Assembly (NCBI GenBank): GCA_017626815.1
Contig: JAGAHY010000063.1
Coordinates: forward strand, 1-60,574
Origin: Bacilli bacterium
GTDB taxonomy: Bacteria > Bacillota_I > Bacilli_A > RFN20 > CAG-826
Direction of reading: 5' to 3'
DNA length: 60,574 bases
The notes under the pieces were generated by a model. It did not search any database. It was not told the origin of the DNA and saw nothing but the letters and a program-made list of their open reading frames with translations. The first letter of the stretch is position 1. Every line of letters begins with the position of its first letter. Below, one piece after another: positions 57,038-60,574 of this stretch. Made by a program: the position numbers and the translations under genes.

Positions 57038-59113
57038 TTACCAAATCGCCAGGCGATCCTCCGGGGCGACGTACATGCCATCCCCGGGCTTGACGTCATA
57101 GGTTTTGAGGAATTCGTCGAATTGGCTTAGCGTGACGTTGATGCGGAGATATTCTTCGGGGTGGATATCGGTGGCGATGCGCTTGATGAGAAAATCGCGC
57201 GTCGCCTGGATGGCGAAGTTATCCGCGAAGGCGCGGAAGAATTCGTCATAATTAAACGATTCTTGCTTTTCGGCGAGCCGTAACATGACCCGGACCCCAC
57301 CCATATCGGCGATGACTTCGCCCGTGAGGTTGGCGCCGTCATAATTATGGTCATGGAAGCCATGGAGATAGTTGGTGTAATAGTCGGCGATTTTATTGAC
57401 TTTGCCTTGGAAGGAGGCACGGTCCTCCGCCGTCCACCAATCATGCCTTTTGCCGTTTTTGTCGAAATTCGCGCCGGTGGAATCGAAACCATGGCTGATT
57501 TCGTGCCCGATGACCACGCCAATGTAACCATATAGCTGCTCGGTGGAAAGGTTTTCGGCCTCGATGTAGGAGGAGCAGACGCCATGGTAGATGGCGAAAG
57601 CGTTATCGGATGTGGAATACGCCGCGTTGACGGTGGTGGTGGACGTCCCGTTAACGAGAATATTGCCCGACCAAGGGCAAGAAGCCAAAATCCCCGCGTA
57701 CCAGTCGTAATAATCCTCGGCTAAACCGAAGGCGTCGGTGGCGGTGACCTTGAAAAGCTTGTCCTCATCCATGAAACCGTCGCCATAGAAGGACATGTGC
57801 CACATATTGCTCAGCTTGTCTTTGGCGGCTTGCTTGGTTTCCTCCCCGAGCCATTCCTGCTCGTCGAAAAGGATTTGGTATTCGTCGATGATGTCGCCGA
57901 TTAGATCATCGATGCGCTGCTTTGTGGAGGGTTTGACGAACTTGTCGATATAGACTTGGTCAAAGGCTTTCGGGAAGGCTTCGAGATAAAGCGCGCGGGC
58001 GACTTCATCGTCGCTGCTATCCGCGTTATATTTAGCGGATTCGAATCCTTGAAGGGAAGCGAAATGATTCACGAACAGGTCGCGGTAATCCGATGCGCCG
58101 ATGAAGAAACGGCTATCAAACAATTTGCTTAGGGCAAGATATTCGGCGAGGGCCTCTAGGCTGATGGAGCCGACGGAGGTTAAATAACGGTAGGCTTGAT
58201 CGTTTAGCACGACCTCCGTATCCGGGCCCAACCCGAGGTCGAGCAACGCCGATTTCAAATCGATGGAACCGAAGTCGAAGTTCATTTGGCCAAGGGTGGT
58301 TTCATGGTCGTCAAGGGAAGCTTCCGTGGTGGCGATGATGGCGTTCATCGCCGTGCCGGTGGCGGACAGGAAAAGCTTTTCCGTCGGTTCTTCGTCAATG
58401 CCAAATAATTTTAAGTAGGCGGCGAGCGCCAGACGGTAATCCGTCGCTTTCTTCGTGGTTTGAGCCAAATAAAGGAAGTAAGATAAGCTGAAATTTTGCG
58501 CGCTAAACAGGAAGGAGACGTGGACTTTCCCGGATTCATCGATTTCCGCGGTGACAAGCCGGGAATTCCCTTGGAAGATGGCCTTGCTCGCGGATAGGCT
58601 TTTGGCGGCGGAAGCGGAGGCCTTCGGGTCTAAAAGGTCGGCGACGCTTTCGCGGATTTTGTCTTTCGCGCCCGTTTTTAGCAAGCGGAGGATGGCTTGG
58701 ACGTCGGCGTTATCGCCGTTAAATATTTCCTTGATGCTATCCTCGGTGAAACTTTTGGATTCCATGATTTTGCCGCCAGATCGGTCAACCCCCTTGGGCA
58801 AGGGGTTTTCCGTGAAAGCCTCGTAATTGGCGTGGCCGAAGAAATCGTGCTTGGCTTCGGGCTTTTCCACTTTGCCTAGCATCCCCGGAATATTGCTGTT
58901 GATCCACGGGTAGCCTTCGATTTCGGAAAGGTCCTTGACGCTACTTTTCAAGGTGTAGTGACCATAGGCCATTTTCGTGGGCTCTGAGGATGAGCAGGGT
59001 TCATAGACGGGGCAACTAGACTCGGAAACGGCGGAGGCGGGCGAAGATTGCCCGCCGCAGGAAGTCAGGGCGAGCAACGCCACGGCGGAAAGAACTAAGT
59101 GGGTGTGTTTCAT
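57038..59113 (-). CDS. M13 family (PepO/neprilysin-like) zinc endopeptidase, lipoprotein
   Basis: LTSC lipobox; VNAAY, HEISH, GEVIAD, HP...RIN. Confidence 0.9.
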   Translation of the reverse strand: MKHTHLVLSAVALLALTSCGGQSSPASAVSESSCPVYEPCSSSEPTKMAYGHYTLKSSVKDLSEIEGYPWINSNIPGMLGKVEKPEAKHDFFGHANYEAFTENPLPKGVDRSGGKIMESKSFTEDSIKEIFNGDNADVQAILRLLKTGAKDKIRESVADLLDPKASASAAKSLSASKAIFQGNSRLVTAEIDESGKVHVSFLFSAQNFSLSYFLYLAQTTKKATDYRLALAAYLKLFGIDEEPTEKLFLSATGTAMNAIIATTEASLDDHETTLGQMNFDFGSIDLKSALLDLGLGPDTEVVLNDQAYRYLTSVGSISLEALAEYLALSKLFDSRFFIGASDYRDLFVNHFASLQGFESAKYNADSSDDEVARALYLEAFPKAFDQVYIDKFVKPSTKQRIDDLIGDIIDEYQILFDEQEWLGEETKQAAKDKLSNMWHMSFYGDGFMDEDKLFKVTATDAFGLAEDYYDWYAGILASCPWSGNILVNGTSTTTVNAAYSTSDNAFAIYHGVCSSYIEAENLSTEQLYGYIGVVIGHEISHGFDSTGANFDKNGKRHDWWTAEDRASFQGKVNKIADYYTNYLHGFHDHNYDGANLTGEVIADMGGVRVMLRLAEKQESFNYDEFFRAFADNFAIQATRDFLIKRIATDIHPEEYLRINVTLSQFDEFLKTYDVKPGDGMYVAPEDRLAIW

Positions 59114-59394
59114 GGATGGTTCTCCTATTGACCCTATAAGGATAGCTAGATGGATGGAATTGTCATCTCATACGCATAGATTGATACGTTGTCCCCACAT
59201 CTTCAAGGTGGAAAGCGGTTCATTCCGGGAATGGATTCGACTGTTTTGGAAACTTTATCCATCACCAAGCGGTTTTTTTGGCGTTACCGGAACGAAATCA
59301 TGAGATTTCTCATTTCCCCATTGTGAAACGAGAATGTCTTGGGTATCTTAAACGTATTCAAGAAGCCTAAATGAGCAAAAGGACTTTAAAACTT

Positions 59395-60258
59395 ATGAAA
59401 AATAAAGCCATTACGACCCTCATGGGACTCGCCTGCATCGGCGCTATGCTTTCCTGTGGGGAAAGCGTCGCCCCCGCCTCCACCCCCGCGCCGTCCGCGG
59501 TCTCCGGCGTCGTTTCCGACGAATCGTCTGCGCCTATCTTTAATGATGCCTATACCGATATCGATGCCATCGCTTTGGAGTCCGGCGAATATATGGTCGC
59601 CGACACCGTCTACGCCTTCGACAAGGCAAACAAGAGAATCGCCGTCGCCAAATACGCGGACTATGATGCCTATAAGGCCAAACAAGGAACATCGCTATTT
59701 GACGGCGCCGTCCGCTTTGTGAAAGTCACATCGATGATGCTTGGTACCTTCGATGCCGTCTATTTTGAAATTGGGGATACCATCTACCTTCTCCACCGCG
59801 ACGCTTCGAACCGCATCTGCGTCTCCACTCGTTCCGGCACCGCTTGGTCGACCTCCGGCGCCGTGGCCGTCAGCGAGATCCCCCTCTTCTCCATGGGCAA
59901 TTATGTCTCCGACAAGCAAACCCAGAACAAAGCGGATGAGCAAGGAAACTATATTTATGATTCCGCCGGCGGCACGATCCGCGAGGAATTCTACCTCTTC
60001 CTCGAGCTTACCGAGACCAAAGCCTCAATTTACCTAAGCGATAACCCGACCACCCATGGCGAGACCCCGCTCCATTTTGTGGAAAACTACAAGACCCGGA
60101 TCGTCAGCGGAAAACTTCAGATCAAGATCCCCCACAAAGACGGGGACTTTGACTGCAGCCTCACCTCGCACTCCGAGAACGAAATCAAATTCGTGAACTC
60201 CATGGAGAGAAAAGGCGACTATTCCTGCTCGGGCACGTTTACCAAGATCGCCAAATAA
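59395..60258 (+). CDS. Lipoprotein of unknown function
   Basis: MLSC lipobox plus Ser/Pro linker; alternative start 59371. Confidence 0.7.
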   Translation: MKNKAITTLMGLACIGAMLSCGESVAPASTPAPSAVSGVVSDESSAPIFNDAYTDIDAIALESGEYMVADTVYAFDKANKRIAVAKYADYDAYKAKQGTSLFDGAVRFVKVTSMMLGTFDAVYFEIGDTIYLLHRDASNRICVSTRSGTAWSTSGAVAVSEIPLFSMGNYVSDKQTQNKADEQGNYIYDSAGGTIREEFYLFLELTETKASIYLSDNPTTHGETPLHFVENYKTRIVSGKLQIKIPHKDGDFDCSLTSHSENEIKFVNSMERKGDYSCSGTFTKIAK

Positions 60259-60468
60259 CCCATAAGCCCCAAAGCGTAACGGCGTCTTTGCTTCCTGCGT
60301 TGACCCATGCTTTGGGGTTTTCTTGCGCCTAAAGATGCGGCATCCTGCTTTTTTCGTTACGGGGCGAGGAATGCGAAATGGGCGACTTATCTATCTTTAC
60401 TCGCGCGCGCAAAGGCTAGATAATTAACCTATGATCACATCTTTGACAGTTTATAATTGCTCCAATTA

Positions 60469-60497
60469 AAAAAAGTTCGATTTGCTCGAACTTTTTT
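60469..60497. terminator. Bidirectional terminator-like hairpin at the start of an AT-rich region
   Basis: AAAAAAGTTCGA-TTTGC-TCGAACTTTTTT perfect 12-bp stem. Confidence 0.7.
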
Positions 60498-60574
60498 GAT
60501 GACTTTTCACTTCAATGAAATGTAGCAATACTTTTTCATCTAAATTTTTTTCTAAATTCTTTATTCAGGTATGA

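Noticed and set aside
59114-59170. Third copy of the rpn/comEA motif upstream of the M13 peptidase (TATAGGGTCAAT)
   Set aside because: It has mismatches and different spacing, and is explained by an ordinary ATGACA-N16-TATCCT promoter.
1-60574. Alternative genetic code (TGA=Trp) as in Mycoplasma
   Set aside because: Conserved genes such as truB, ftsK and pdp end at TGA at expected lengths, and the long ORFs are intact under code 11.

Overview
This is a chromosomal segment of a moderately GC-rich, code-11 Bacillota genome. Its many Ser-linker lipoproteins and streamlined gene order resemble uncultured gut or rumen Bacilli, but that taxonomy is inference only. The housekeeping backbone is truB-ribF, typA, rpsO, pnp, a glpA-like three-gene operon, yfcE-rnj-ftsK-pulA, plsC, rsmF, pdp-dtd-mnmA, T-box-alaS-greA and comEA-comEC. 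Accessory, defence-like insertions interrupt it: (1) a 1920-aa DUF4011/SF1-helicase (Hhe-like) gene followed by a partner with a degenerate GIY-YIG-like C-terminus; (2) an Rpn nuclease with an internal in-frame start, convergent with a WYL-like/SF1-helicase/DUF2726-like fusion, both between rpsO and pnp; (3) an AbrB/PIN toxin-antitoxin pair with a frameshifted toxin; (4) an AT-richer, integrase-free two-gene cassette flanked by ~110-bp structured direct repeats. Non-coding highlights are an alanine T-box with an apparently ultrashort Stem I, about ten genes with leaderless architecture, and a bipartite motif shared upstream of rpn and comEA. No rRNA, tRNA or CRISPR array was seen. All family calls come from motif recognition by eye, not from database searches.
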